Of a stretch of 64,000 nt of DNA, positions 29,711 to 40,756 are shown piece after piece. The translations under genes were made by a program, and so were the position numbers. Source of the stretch: Nitrososphaeria archaeon (GTDB lineage Archaea; Thermoproteota; Nitrososphaeria; JACIWG01); assembly GCA_050011875.1 (NCBI GenBank), contig JBEKIG010000004.1, positions 196,028 through 260,027 on the forward strand, in the 5' to 3' direction. The notes beneath the pieces were generated by a model. It did no database searches. It was not told the origin of the DNA and worked only from the letters and a program-made list of their open reading frames with translations. Each line of letters begins with the position of its first letter. The stretch's first letter is position 1.

Positions 29711-30392
29711 GGCTCAGTAGCGGGAATATTTCTGTCTTAACAAAAGAGGCTAGGTCCGTGATTTCTATCTTGGTGAAGGAGACCACTATGCCATTTCTCG
29801 TAAACCCTACGATATACCCAAACTTCTTTGATCTCACGACGATGTACCAGAGCTTTCCATGAGTCAGGTACTCTGAATAGAGGGCGGTGTTCGCCAAGCC
29901 CGAACCGTACAGCGAAAGTTTGCTGATGTTGGGGATGTCTATGTCGTCGAAGAACAGGACCTTTGCGTCCTCCATGTGTTCTTCGTGATACTTCTTGATG
30001 GTGTCCGGCTCTATCCTAACCTCCAGAATCCTTCCGGGCAGGAGGAAAAGTATCTTGCTCAGCTGGTTTGCTACATTGTTGGCTCTCTCCTTTTTTTCGA
30101 ATACGACCAAAAGTAGTCTTCCGTTGAAAGAGAAGAGTTCAAAGACAACTTCGAATGTTCTAGGGATAAGCCTGAGCAACCCCTTGCTTGGGATGTAAAG
30201 GGGTGTGTCGAAGCTGAATATGCCCCTTAAGGAGTCAGCTCGTATCTCCAGATCCTTTATTTCGTTCACGAGCTCGGCCTTCTGTTCACCTTCCACGAAG
30301 TCGTTTGCAACCCTGAACCCTTTGAGTTTCAGAGCGGTTTCCTCCAAGGACATGTACTCTTCAGCGACGAAGATTTTACAGGCGATAACCAT
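29694..30392 (-). CDS. Hypothetical protein between Lhr and the phosphoesterase
   Basis: 232-aa ORF in an operon-like position. Confidence 0.75.
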   Translation of the reverse strand: MVIACKIFVAEEYMSLEETALKLKGFRVANDFVEGEQKAELVNEIKDLEIRADSLRGIFSFDTPLYIPSKGLLRLIPRTFEVVFELFSFNGRLLLVVFEKKERANNVANQLSKILFLLPGRILEVRIEPDTIKKYHEEHMEDAKVLFFDDIDIPNISKLSLYGSGLANTALYSEYLTHGKLWYIVVRSKKFGYIVGFTRNGIVVSFTKIEITDLASFVKTEIFPLLSLEKNG

Positions 30393-30483
30393 AAAGAAGT
30401 GTCTGAAGAGTGCATTATAAAACTTTTGCGCATTAAACTAATCTTCGACATTCAAACATTGGAACGTTTACTGTTGAACTATG

Positions 30484-33342
30484 TCAGGAGAACTTTCTCC
30501 TCATCTTCTTCCTACTAGCATCTATTATGGCCTGAACAAGTTCGTCGGAGACAGTGCTGTGCTTTTCAAGTATCGACTCCGCATCGGAAGCAGCCAGTGA
30601 CCTTTCAGCCAAAACAAAGGTAGCAGTGCCCCCATATTTTTCGATCAGCCTACTCGAATCGATAATTTTCTTGTACGTCCTCCTCAGGCTGATCGGCGGT
30701 TTCTCTGCTCCACTCCTCATCCTTGAAATCAGCCTTTTGACCCTTTCTTCTTCCTCCTGCGATACTCCAACCTTCTTTGAGCTGCAGATTGGGCAGCTTA
30801 TGCCATGCAGAATCTGCTTTACCCTGAATGTCTCCGAGTATTTCCAGCAGTTCGTACATACGAGAATAAATGCTTCCTCTAGCAGCCTTGCCTTGACGAC
30901 CTGCGCTATTATATGCCTGAGCTTTTCCGGTGGAACAATTTCGGCCCTTCTGCTTAGTTCTTCGATACCTATTCTCGACAGCGGGGTTAGAGTCTCCTCT
31001 TTCACAACTTGAACCTGAAGCTCATTTCTCTCTATCATGGCAAGGACAGTTTTGGAGTCCTCTAGGTCTGTGTCGCTTCTGATCGCGCTTCTGTAGGCTT
31101 CCTCTACGACAGCCGTGTCTTTCATAGCTTCGATAAGCCTGTTGATTGAGATATCGGTGAGATTTGCTTCTTTGGAGATCGCCCCAAACTTTTTGGCAGC
31201 GTTCACGAAATTCTTTTTGAAGATTCCTGAACCGAGCATCTGTTTTCTGACTATATCCTCTAGGTTAACGGTAGCCAGCGTCTTAAGGCCCTCAACTATG
31301 TCTTCCTGAGATGCCCAAAGAGCTCTTAACACGATCCTGTACGGGTCAACCTGGACCCCCACTGGATAACCGAACCTGTTGGACAGAAGGTAGGACAGGG
31401 CTCTTCCAATCGTTCTGTTCACAAGATGGCCCCAGCAGGTCTGAATTATAAGATACTCCCTCCACTTTTCTACGGTGATCCTCTTATCAGTGGGAAGTGG
31501 GAACCCCTCCTTCAGGTTTTCGTAAACCTCCTTGAGCCCTTTACTGCCTTCCTCTGGAGATATTGAATATTCCTTTGAAATCAGATATGATACCTCCTTA
31601 CTTTCCAGATTTTTCTGGCGGTATTCTTCTACAGTTCTCCGAACCTTACCCACTTCCTGAGCTATCTGGAATGGAACGGGTATTTCCTCGCCCACCCAGA
31701 ACGGAATCGCCCCGGTCGGGTCTGACTCCGATTTCACATGGACTTTACCGCCGGAGATGCTTTCGATCTTCCAGAGAGAGCTCCTCAGTATGAACTTCAA
31801 CCCGACCTCCCCATATTCTGAGACAAAGCTCTCGTCTAAGATCCCCACGGAATCGTTGTCCGAGTCGACTACAAGGTACTGCCTCTCCTCGGGGATCATT
31901 GACAGGTTGTTGAAGTAGTAGTTGTAGAGTGCGCTGATCTTCATAGCTTTTCTGAAGTATGAGTCTCCCTCAAGTTTCGCTAGCCTCGGCTGTAAATCAC
32001 TCATGTAGCGCAGGACCATCAGCAGCTCTTCTCTGGACAGATTTCTGTAAACATACGACCTTCTGACGAACTCTAGGGCTTCGTCGATGTACCAAGACGA
32101 TCTATCTAGCAGCATTCCCGCGAGCTGATGCGCTAGCACATCTAGGGGTTTATCGATTACCTGAGTGCTTTCCAGTATGCCGTTGACTGCCCTCTTCGCT
32201 ATCACCGCTGATTCAAGAAAGTCGTCTGAATCTTGGGTTATTATGACGCCATTGGCTATCAACCCTATCTTGTGCCCACTTCTTCCAACCCTCTGAACCA
32301 GCCTTGTCACCTGGCGCGGTGAATTATACTGGATGACCAGATCGAGCCTGCCGACGTCTATGCCCATTTCGAGTGAGCTGGTGCAGATGATCCCCTTCAG
32401 GGTGCCGTCCTTCAGCTCGTTTTCGGCCTTCACCCTGGAAGCTTTCGATAGTGAACCGTGATGTACCGCGATCGGAAAACTGTCGTCCCATACCCTGAAC
32501 CTACTTCCCAAGACTTCGTTTTCAACCCTAGTGTTTGTGAAGACCAGCGTTGACTCGTGCTCTTCGATCAGTTTCCTTATCAGCCTGAGTCTGGCAGCGA
32601 CTTCGGGGAACATGAACAATTGTGATGCGAGGGCGTAATCTTGGGATTCAGCCTGTGGATACTTTACATCAACCTGCAGCAGCCTTTCTACCTTTACTTT
32701 GATAATCCTGCAGTCCCTCTGTGCGCCCACAAGGAATTTGGCGACCCTGTCGGGGGAACCGACTGTCGCCGATAATCCTATTACCTGAAAATCCTTTCCT
32801 ATGTTCTCTCTGAGCCTCTCCAGGCCTAACGAAAGCTGGGCGCCCCTCTTGTCTTCTGATAGTTCCTGGACTTCATCGACTATAACCCACTTTACAGACC
32901 TTAGATGCTCCCTTATCCGCCTTGCTGGAAGGATCGCCTGTAACGTTTCCGGCGTAGTTATAAGAATGTCCGGTGGCGCGATGGACTGCTTGGTCCTCTC
33001 CCCCACCGGCGTATCCCCGTGTCTTACAGCCAGCTTCAGGTCGAACCTCTTGCACCACCATTCAAGCCTTCCAAGAAGGTCCCTGTTCAGAGCCCTCAAT
33101 GGCGTGACGTAGAGCAGCTTTATGCCCGGCGACCTCTCTAAGCCTATCATCGTGCTTAGAATGGGGAGAAAGGCTGCCTCCGTCTTTCCTGTACCGGTCG
33201 GAGCCATCAAGAGGACGTTCTTGCCCTGCAAAATGATGGGGATTGCTTGAACTTGAGGTTCGGTCGGTGTATTAAAACCGAACTCCTCTATAGCCCTCTT
33301 GAGAACTGGGGGGAAAAGTGAGAATGTCTCCGACATCGTCAA
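30484..33342 (-). CDS. lhr: Lhr-like ATP-dependent helicase
   Basis: APTGTGKT, TTPETL, HHGSLS and QRVGRSGH motifs; C-terminal zinc ribbon. Confidence 0.93.
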   Translation of the reverse strand: MTMSETFSLFPPVLKRAIEEFGFNTPTEPQVQAIPIILQGKNVLLMAPTGTGKTEAAFLPILSTMIGLERSPGIKLLYVTPLRALNRDLLGRLEWWCKRFDLKLAVRHGDTPVGERTKQSIAPPDILITTPETLQAILPARRIREHLRSVKWVIVDEVQELSEDKRGAQLSLGLERLRENIGKDFQVIGLSATVGSPDRVAKFLVGAQRDCRIIKVKVERLLQVDVKYPQAESQDYALASQLFMFPEVAARLRLIRKLIEEHESTLVFTNTRVENEVLGSRFRVWDDSFPIAVHHGSLSKASRVKAENELKDGTLKGIICTSSLEMGIDVGRLDLVIQYNSPRQVTRLVQRVGRSGHKIGLIANGVIITQDSDDFLESAVIAKRAVNGILESTQVIDKPLDVLAHQLAGMLLDRSSWYIDEALEFVRRSYVYRNLSREELLMVLRYMSDLQPRLAKLEGDSYFRKAMKISALYNYYFNNLSMIPEERQYLVVDSDNDSVGILDESFVSEYGEVGLKFILRSSLWKIESISGGKVHVKSESDPTGAIPFWVGEEIPVPFQIAQEVGKVRRTVEEYRQKNLESKEVSYLISKEYSISPEEGSKGLKEVYENLKEGFPLPTDKRITVEKWREYLIIQTCWGHLVNRTIGRALSYLLSNRFGYPVGVQVDPYRIVLRALWASQEDIVEGLKTLATVNLEDIVRKQMLGSGIFKKNFVNAAKKFGAISKEANLTDISINRLIEAMKDTAVVEEAYRSAIRSDTDLEDSKTVLAMIERNELQVQVVKEETLTPLSRIGIEELSRRAEIVPPEKLRHIIAQVVKARLLEEAFILVCTNCWKYSETFRVKQILHGISCPICSSKKVGVSQEEEERVKRLISRMRSGAEKPPISLRRTYKKIIDSSRLIEKYGGTATFVLAERSLAASDAESILEKHSTVSDELVQAIIDASRKKMRRKFS

Positions 33343-33438
33343 TCGATAATATTATAGCCTTAATTAAATGAATTTGTTGTTTAAAAGCAAAGCTGCTCCG
33401 TGAAGCCTACTCGTTAAGGTGATAACTCTTACTAACTT

Positions 33439-34026
33439 TCACTCAGAAGCCTGTTTAGACTTCAATCTTGCTTTGACCCTTTCAGTGTTCAAATAATCTG
33501 CTGGATCGAATGGACAGACCCTTATTACGCGAATATCTTCTGGGAAATCCAGCCTACGTCTTGAGTCGACAATTAACAGGCCGACTTCCCCTTCGCCCAA
33601 AGCTTGGGTTATGCGATTCGAAAGGTCTTGATTTCTCTCCTTAAGGCTCTGTTCGTAGAGCTCGAATAGTGTATCGTTTGGGGAGTCCTTGATCATGTTC
33701 AGCCAGGACTCAGTTTCACCTACTAAAATTGGGTCCTCTGTAGGTTTTAGTTCAGCCCCTTCTTCAAGAAAGCCCACTATTAGAGCGTAACCTCCCTCAT
33801 CATCCTTACTAACCACCTTCAGGGCTTCCCTTGTATCCTTTGACAGCGACTCGCGAAAGACCTTTTGTACGCGGCCCCCAAAGACCTTCAACTTGTCGTT
33901 GACGTAGCTCCAGAACTCTTCGAATTTGGCATCGTAATCATCAGGCACATAAGACAAGGCTTCGATGAACTCGCTCTTTGTGAACATCCTAGGGACAATT
34001 ATCAGTGTGGAGCGCATGCTCGTCAA
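33439..34026 (-). CDS. Hypothetical protein
   Basis: 195-aa ORF with protein-like composition. Confidence 0.7.
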   Translation of the reverse strand: MTSMRSTLIIVPRMFTKSEFIEALSYVPDDYDAKFEEFWSYVNDKLKVFGGRVQKVFRESLSKDTREALKVVSKDDEGGYALIVGFLEEGAELKPTEDPILVGETESWLNMIKDSPNDTLFELYEQSLKERNQDLSNRITQALGEGEVGLLIVDSRRRLDFPEDIRVIRVCPFDPADYLNTERVKARLKSKQASE

Positions 34027-34282
34027 TCATATGGGAGGCTGATAGATTACTATTATGTTTTTAAAACCCTGCTAAAGGTTTTTGTGGTTCAACTGAGTCT
34101 TAGGCCGATTATTTTACCTATTAACTGTAAGGTGACGAGTTTTCTAGGATTTTGTAGTTATTATTTATTCTACGATTGAATAGTAGATATATATTGTAGT
34201 TATATTGATGTTGAGACCGCTTCAATATCTTCTACTCTAACGTCCAACTAATATTCGCAAAATCATGGTACATAATTGTAAT

Positions 34283-35671
34283 TTATTTGTGCTTCACAGA
34301 AAAGTATGTTTCCTGCATCTTCCGCAGCTGGAAAAGAACTGAATCTCCTAATTCAACATCGTCATAGGTTATTAAATAATCTTCAGGCATTTCCTTCTTT
34401 AATTTAGCTCCTGCAGCAAGACCTAGAGGAAGAAGGTTTTGCGCCCTAGCCGTTCCAGCTTTTACCATATAGCCATATACTGTATATCCTCCGCCTGCTG
34501 CGTCAATAGTTGTTCCCTTTTCTAGTTTCCTCTTAGCTGCGCAGACAGCTTCTGAATAGACACCTATTGGTGCACCCGTGGGTTCGCGATATAGAGCTAC
34601 CTTAGCAATTGAGAGAGGGGCTTCCATACCAATCAGGTGGACGTACCTGTAGAGTAGAGCGTTTCCGCTCTTTTTACCTACAATCGCACCATAATGTTTC
34701 AGGCATTCTTGAAGGTAGTCATTAGGTGCTCTGAAGACGAGGAATATGCCATTCGTTATCTCTTCTTCAACAACTCCTCCATCAGGATAATATGAAGTGA
34801 TGGTCTCTACCACATTATGGTTCTCCAGCACACCTCCTGAAGATCTTAAACTCATAACGTCAGCGAGATCTTTAAGGCCTGCGGTAGCAAAATGCATCCC
34901 GTCAGTATCAGGCAAAAGCCCAGTGGCATTTGAGACCGCAGTACATTCAACAGCCGGCTTGGTTCCGTCAAGGAATGAATTGTACATGACGGCGTTGAGT
35001 TCATGGCCAAAAGAATCTTTGAACTTCTTATAATATTCGCTGAACCAGCCAGGTCCTTCGATAATGTCCTTAGGGGTCTTCCTCCTATTCTCGGGCATGT
35101 ACCTGGAACCTCTTCCTGCAGCAACAATTTCGAATCCTAACGTCTTTGCCCAGTCATAGAAGTCAATTATTATCGCCGGCTGATCGCCATAAATCAGGCT
35201 GTAAACTACCCCCGCGTTGTCAGCCAAACGTTTTAAGATAGGCCCTATTACTGCGTCTGTTTCAACATTTATCATTACGATATCCTTTTTATTCATTATA
35301 GCTTTGAAAGCGTGATTTGCTCCAGCAATAGAGCTACCTGTAGCTTCCAGAACAACATCTACACCGCTATTGATCAGGATATCGCTGTCTAAAGTTATGG
35401 CAGGACGCCCATTTTCGATAGCCTCGTTCGCCTGCTCTACACTTTCTACTTCAGTTACCTTGTTACGGGAAGTTCCGCCAAATTCGTAGGCCTTGTAAGC
35501 CTTCTCAGATATCTTTTCAGCTATCAACGAAAGACGCATTCCAGGAATGGTTGAAACCTTAGAGACAACTTGGGAACCGAACATTCCGGCACCGATCAAA
35601 CCAATTTTGATCGGTTCACCCGACCTCTCTCGAGCAAGTAATTTTTCATACAAAACAATGCACTTTTTCAC
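34283..35671 (-). CDS. Homoserine dehydrogenase-like NAD(P) oxidoreductase with C-terminal SAF domain (COG4091-type)
   Basis: GAGMFG, NVETD, GDQP, DGTK and LPLGLA motifs. Confidence 0.88.
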   Translation of the reverse strand: MKKCIVLYEKLLARERSGEPIKIGLIGAGMFGSQVVSKVSTIPGMRLSLIAEKISEKAYKAYEFGGTSRNKVTEVESVEQANEAIENGRPAITLDSDILINSGVDVVLEATGSSIAGANHAFKAIMNKKDIVMINVETDAVIGPILKRLADNAGVVYSLIYGDQPAIIIDFYDWAKTLGFEIVAAGRGSRYMPENRRKTPKDIIEGPGWFSEYYKKFKDSFGHELNAVMYNSFLDGTKPAVECTAVSNATGLLPDTDGMHFATAGLKDLADVMSLRSSGGVLENHNVVETITSYYPDGGVVEEEITNGIFLVFRAPNDYLQECLKHYGAIVGKKSGNALLYRYVHLIGMEAPLSIAKVALYREPTGAPIGVYSEAVCAAKRKLEKGTTIDAAGGGYTVYGYMVKAGTARAQNLLPLGLAAGAKLKKEMPEDYLITYDDVELGDSVLFQLRKMQETYFSVKHK

Positions 35672-35839
35672 CTATCTAGCACAATGTTCACTATTATTCT
35701 TTTCTAAAAGAATGTTTGTAAGGATATAATCATTTTTCATCTTCTAAAAATTAGCGTAGAGGGATTAAATCGTAGATTTTAGAAACGATAGGTCAACCGC
35801 TTAAATACTTATAGGACAATACTGCCAATTGGAAAGTGA

Positions 35840-36883
35840 ATGTCTACAGGATTATCTTTTGATGAACTTGCAAAGGTTGCAAAACTTGAGTCGCGTTCAA
35901 TCTCAGCTGAAAATATCTTTTGAGAGAAAGGTAAAGGAGGTATGACAGCGAGCCCATTAGGAGTTGGCCGAAAGGGAAACGCTTGGATATGGTTAAAGGC
36001 AGGTGAAACAAAAACTTTGTGTGAAATACAGGGACCTAGTTGCATAAGGCATATCTGGATCACGTTTAAGCAGGATCCGAGCTTTCTAAGAGGAACACTC
36101 CTTCGCATGTACTGGGATAATCTTCCTTACCCAAGTGTTGAATGTCCTTTAGGTGACTTCTTTGGAATTGCGCATGGAAGAACAGTGCCATATGCTTCCA
36201 TCTTGACAGCTATCGTTGAAGGCCGTGGCTTTAATACTTGGATACCTATGCCCTTTAACTCAGCTCGGATAGAGATAGCTAATGAATCATCTATAGACAA
36301 TAAACTCTTCTATCAAATCGACTATACTTTAGGTGATAAGGTCGATGACATGGGCAGGTTATGCTGCACCTTTAGACGCGAAAATCCGACTGTTTTAGGG
36401 AGGGATTTTACAATTTTGGAAAAGGTGAATGGAGAAGGACGTTTTATTGGAGACGCAGTTGGTGTCAGAACGTTAGCTGGTGAATGGTGGGGCGAAGGTG
36501 AAGTCAAAATATACATGGATGGAGACACGAGTTACCCAACTATATGTGGAACTGGAACAGAGGACTATATTGGGTCGGCTTGGGAGGTCGGTCCTCATGC
36601 CAACATATATCAGGGATGCCCACTTTGCAGACAGGACCTTATCTCCTTCTACAGATGGCATGTACTTGACCCAATATACTTCCATAAGGACATCAAGATC
36701 ACTATCCAGCAGATAGGATTCCGTCGAAGAGAGAAGACTCTCTTCGAAAGAGTTGATGATTGGTCAGCAGCTGCCTTCTTCTATCTTATGCGACCGACTA
36801 AGCTTCCTGAAGTGCCTAATTTCGAAGAAAGAATTTCCAACATTATTGAAATGAGGGAAGGCGACCCAACGTTTACACAATAA
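35840..36883 (+). pseudogene. DUF2961 / GH172 glycoside hydrolase with in-frame TGA at codon 28
   Basis: SRSISAENIF*EKGKGG, with TGA at 35921; PLGDFFG, WWGEGE and GTGTEDY motifs. Confidence 0.85.
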
Positions 36884-36957
36884 ACCATTCTTTTTTTATA
36901 TTAATCATATACTAGAAAAGAAAACTCAAATAAGTACTACTTATATTAGATATTTCT

Positions 36958-37716
36958 ATGAAGAATAAGTTAAAAGAAATTTTGGAACGTGGTGAAGTTG
37001 CTTTAGGTGTTTCTGTCTCCATCGGCCACCCAGATGTTGCGGAGATTATTGGTAAGATAGGCTTTGACTTTATCCACTTTGACACACAACATACGCCACT
37101 TAGTATAGAAACAGTGCAGTCTATGATGCAGGCAATGAGCTATTCGCAGTCCACCCCGATCGTGCGTGTACAATGGAACAATATTTCAATGATCAACCGT
37201 GCACTTGACATAGGTGCCCATGGAGTGGTCGTGCCGTTTGTGAATACAAAAGAGGATGCGATAAGAGCCGTCCAATATTCGACCTTTCCACCTAAAGGTA
37301 TGAGAAGCTATGGTCCCAGACGTGCAATGTTGAGGGATCCAGAATACATGGCTACCTGCGATGAAGAAATTCTCGTTATTCCTCAAATCGAGACTAAGGA
37401 AGCACTAGATAATGTGGAAGATATTCTTTCAGTCGATGGAATTGAAGCCTGCTTCGTAGGTCCATATGACCTATCTCGATCACTTGGTATTTTCACCCAA
37501 TGGAAAAATCCTACATTTGAGAAAGCCCTCGAGAAGGTTCTCAGAGCTGCCGAAAAGACTGGAACAACGCCTGGAATGCTTGCCCTAACGGAAGAAGCTG
37601 TAAAGACTATAGAACGTGGTTTCAGGCTTATCAACATTGGTGGCGACATCAACTTCTTTGTGGATGGAGCCAATTCCGCTCTTATGAGAGCCAGAAATGC
37701 TAATCCAAAGGTATAG
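36958..37716 (+). CDS. HpcH/HpaI class II aldolase
   Basis: DTQH, QIET and VGPYDLS motifs. Confidence 0.9.
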   Translation: MKNKLKEILERGEVALGVSVSIGHPDVAEIIGKIGFDFIHFDTQHTPLSIETVQSMMQAMSYSQSTPIVRVQWNNISMINRALDIGAHGVVVPFVNTKEDAIRAVQYSTFPPKGMRSYGPRRAMLRDPEYMATCDEEILVIPQIETKEALDNVEDILSVDGIEACFVGPYDLSRSLGIFTQWKNPTFEKALEKVLRAAEKTGTTPGMLALTEEAVKTIERGFRLINIGGDINFFVDGANSALMRARNANPKV

Positions 37717-37821
37717 ACGTAAATAATCCCTAAGAATAAGGGTATACAAAAAGTAGTAATAACACTGTAGACGATCAAAATTTATTTATATGCAATGAGT
37801 TATTTGATTTGAGGTAATAAG

Positions 37822-38826
37822 ATGCTGGTAAACTGCTCTGGTATACTCGTATGTGACATTATCGCAGCCGGCCTACCCAGAATATCGAAGCCAGGCGAGC
37901 TCACATTTGCGCCTTTAGGAATAAAACCACACGTTGGCGGGCATGCTGCAAATGTTTCAATCGACTTGATGAAGCTTTGTCTACCAAAAGGGGAAGTAAG
38001 CTTGGTCGGCGCAGTTGGCCAAGACCTTTTTGGCGATTTCATAGAAGACGAATTGAAAAAGTATGGAATAATTACGCACATAGAGAGGGTAAGAAAAGCT
38101 GTAACCTCAGTGGATGAAGTATTAGTTGTCACCGGGGAAGATCGTAGGTTCCACACAAATGTAGGGGCAAATCTCTGGCTGAACCCTGACCGCACACTAG
38201 CTATTCTAGAGGAGGAGAAACCTCTTATCTTCTATGTTGGGGCAACCGGGATCATGGGGCAATTCGATCATCGGCTTGCTCAAGTTCTTCAGGCAGCAAA
38301 GAAGCTAAACTGCCTCACATTCGTCGATCCAGTTGTCCCATATAAACATGGATGGGGTCCACTTTTATCAGCCCTAAAATGGATCGATATATTTCATTGC
38401 AACAATATTGAAGCCTTGGAGATGACAGGAAAGAAGGAGCTGGACGAAGCTTTAGAAGTCCTTTCAAAAGGCGCTAAACTGACAGTTGTAACAACAGGCG
38501 AACACGGTCTCCTCGCTAAGGTTAAGGAGCGGAAGATAGGTATGCCCGCATTTAAAGTTCAAACAGTAGACCCCTCGGGAGCGGGTGACGCCTTCTGCGC
38601 GGGGATGATCTATCGTCTTATCCAAATATTAAGACATAAAAAGATAGAAATAGATGAAATATCAACTGAAGAACTAATAAGAGTTTTGTTGGAGGGGGCA
38701 GCAAGTGGCGCTACTTGCGTAACTGGCGTAGGAACGACAACGGCCGTAACTCGAAGAAAAGTTGACAAACTTCTTAAAGAACAGGGTTCAACTATTTTAA
38801 AGCGGGTCCTTGTTTACTCGAAATAA
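37822..38826 (+). CDS. PfkB-family carbohydrate kinase
   Basis: GGHAAN, VGQDLFG and DPSGAGDAF motifs. Confidence 0.92.
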   Translation: MLVNCSGILVCDIIAAGLPRISKPGELTFAPLGIKPHVGGHAANVSIDLMKLCLPKGEVSLVGAVGQDLFGDFIEDELKKYGIITHIERVRKAVTSVDEVLVVTGEDRRFHTNVGANLWLNPDRTLAILEEEKPLIFYVGATGIMGQFDHRLAQVLQAAKKLNCLTFVDPVVPYKHGWGPLLSALKWIDIFHCNNIEALEMTGKKELDEALEVLSKGAKLTVVTTGEHGLLAKVKERKIGMPAFKVQTVDPSGAGDAFCAGMIYRLIQILRHKKIEIDEISTEELIRVLLEGAASGATCVTGVGTTTAVTRRKVDKLLKEQGSTILKRVLVYSK

Positions 38827-38986
38827 GTTGAACAGAAATTTGTTTTATAAAAATAGTATCTTTATAACATATTATTTATTAGAAGGTTTGAATAAAATAG
38901 ATTTAAGAATAACTGTAAAGAGAAGGCTCATCTTTCAATAGCTCTGGCTGATTGGATTGGCCGGCATCATCATGTGTTGTTCACTG

Positions 38987-40243
38987 TCAAACTGTTACTG
39001 ACCCTGCTATTTCTTCGAATTTCTTTTTGAGCGAGAACTGATAGCTTGCTGGCCTGGCGTAGCCGAGCTTCAGCATCGTTTTATTGACAAAGATCTTATT
39101 CCTTAGGTAAACGTAGGCATAAACTATGCCATTATCAATTTTCTGGGGCTTATCAAACTTTAAGAACACCCACTTTGCTCTAATGTACCTGTCTAAATAT
39201 TCTATGGCATTTTTCTCTTTTACAAGGTCCACCTCAATACCAAGCAATTTGATCGTAAGGCCGTTATCAAGCTGTAAAGAGTCCTTGTTTAAGACTGCAA
39301 CGACCCTGTAAAGCTTTTCTGTTTTAATTTTAAGGGATTTAGGCTCTATCAGGGGCCTCGCATCTCGTATTGTGGGAACGTAATCAATCTTGTCTAGGAC
39401 AATATCCTTAGTCCTCTTCTGGAATTCGAACTTCACATCGAAATCAAGGTGTGCCACTCCTACATCGATTTTATCTTTTATCATCTCAAGATACTTTTCG
39501 TTTATTTCGTAGCCTATCGCGTTACGTCCTAAGCCTATTGCAGCCTTAATTGTCGTACCGCTTCCTAGGAAAGGATCGAGGACGGTGTCGCCTACAAACG
39601 TAAACATCTTTATCAACCTCTTTGGCAACTCCTCAGGAAACATCGCCTCATGGTTTATCTGTCTTTCACCTGCGAAATACCAGTGTCCTGAATAGTACTC
39701 CTTCCACTCATCCTTGCTCAACTTCGACAATTCCTTTGATTGCTTGGATACTTTCTTCTGCCCAGTCTTCTTGAAGATCAAGATAAACTCGTAGTCTATT
39801 TCAATTAGGCCATTGTCAGGATACGGATAGGAGCCCATTACGGTTGCACCTCCTGTCGTATGCATTGTAGTCTTCTTCTGCCAGATTATAGATCCCAGGT
39901 AGTCGAACCCGAGCTTCTCACACTGTCCGATGAATTCAGAGTGTAAAGGGGTAATCTTGTAACGCCCGTAGACAGCACTCCTGAGGAACTGGTCTCCAAT
40001 ATTTATGCACAGTCTTGTGCCAGGCTTTAAAACTCGAAAACACTCATTCCAAACAAGGAATATACCTTCTAAATATTGGTGCAGGCTCTGATTGTAGCCT
40101 ATCTGATTCTCGGCACCATAATCCTTTATGTGCCAGTAGGGTGGTGAGGTAACAACTAAATCTACCGTTGAATCTCCTACTTCTATCATCTTTCTGCTGT
40201 CGCCGATGATTACCTTAGCAAATCTTTCTTCCATTTCTTCCAT
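38987..40243 (-). CDS. Beta-class N4-C/N6-A DNA methyltransferase fused to a thermonuclease-like C-terminal domain
   Basis: VTSPPY precedes DPFLGSGTT; C-terminal LLGI..YAYVYL..VNKTMLKLGYA. Confidence 0.9.
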   Translation of the reverse strand: MEEMEERFAKVIIGDSRKMIEVGDSTVDLVVTSPPYWHIKDYGAENQIGYNQSLHQYLEGIFLVWNECFRVLKPGTRLCINIGDQFLRSAVYGRYKITPLHSEFIGQCEKLGFDYLGSIIWQKKTTMHTTGGATVMGSYPYPDNGLIEIDYEFILIFKKTGQKKVSKQSKELSKLSKDEWKEYYSGHWYFAGERQINHEAMFPEELPKRLIKMFTFVGDTVLDPFLGSGTTIKAAIGLGRNAIGYEINEKYLEMIKDKIDVGVAHLDFDVKFEFQKRTKDIVLDKIDYVPTIRDARPLIEPKSLKIKTEKLYRVVAVLNKDSLQLDNGLTIKLLGIEVDLVKEKNAIEYLDRYIRAKWVFLKFDKPQKIDNGIVYAYVYLRNKIFVNKTMLKLGYARPASYQFSLKKKFEEIAGSVTV

Positions 40244-40334
40244 TCTTTCTAAATTATAGCCTAATTATTAATAAACATACAATTTAGCCCTCATTCTATA
40301 GAACTTATATCAATGGTCACAATCTTCCTTACCT

Positions 40335-40625
40335 TTATCGCTGCCGACCAGACATATGTAACCAGAAAATCCACATTAGGCCTATCAGCAGACCGATGAT
40401 TATCAGCGAGACGATTGTCACGATGACGTCCTGAAACAGATTGAAACGACTAGACCAATAGAGCGCGAAGAGCAGGATAAAGAGGGCCCACGCGATAATA
40501 CCGAGGATCGAAACAACGACGGGTGCGAACGGGCCTTCGTACTTCCATGAGGACTGACTTTGCTGAAGGCGTCCTGAGCCCATAATGAAATGATTTTGAA
40601 GGGGTTGATATTTGTGGCTTGACAT
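40335..40625 (-). CDS. Small 2-TM membrane protein
   Basis: Two hydrophobic helices; start uncertain. Confidence 0.7.
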   Translation of the reverse strand: MSSHKYQPLQNHFIMGSGRLQQSQSSWKYEGPFAPVVVSILGIIAWALFILLFALYWSSRFNLFQDVIVTIVSLIIIGLLIGLMWIFWLHMSGRQR

Positions 40626-40756
40626 AGCTGTTTTTTATTTATTTTCTTTTGATATTTAAGCTTGCCGTTTTATCGTAAGCAAAGCGATGTAAAGAATTTC
40701 GTAGTTTGTGGGAATCTCAATGCACTTATAAGAGTTGCCAGAATCATCCAGATCGA

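Noticed and set aside
35921-35923. Stop-codon reassignment (TGA as Gly or Sec, TAG as Pyl) suggested by in-frame stops
   Set aside because: Internal stops include TGA, TAG and TAA, and many intact genes end in TGA or TAG. The positions are not catalytic Cys sites. Nonsense mutation explains them better.
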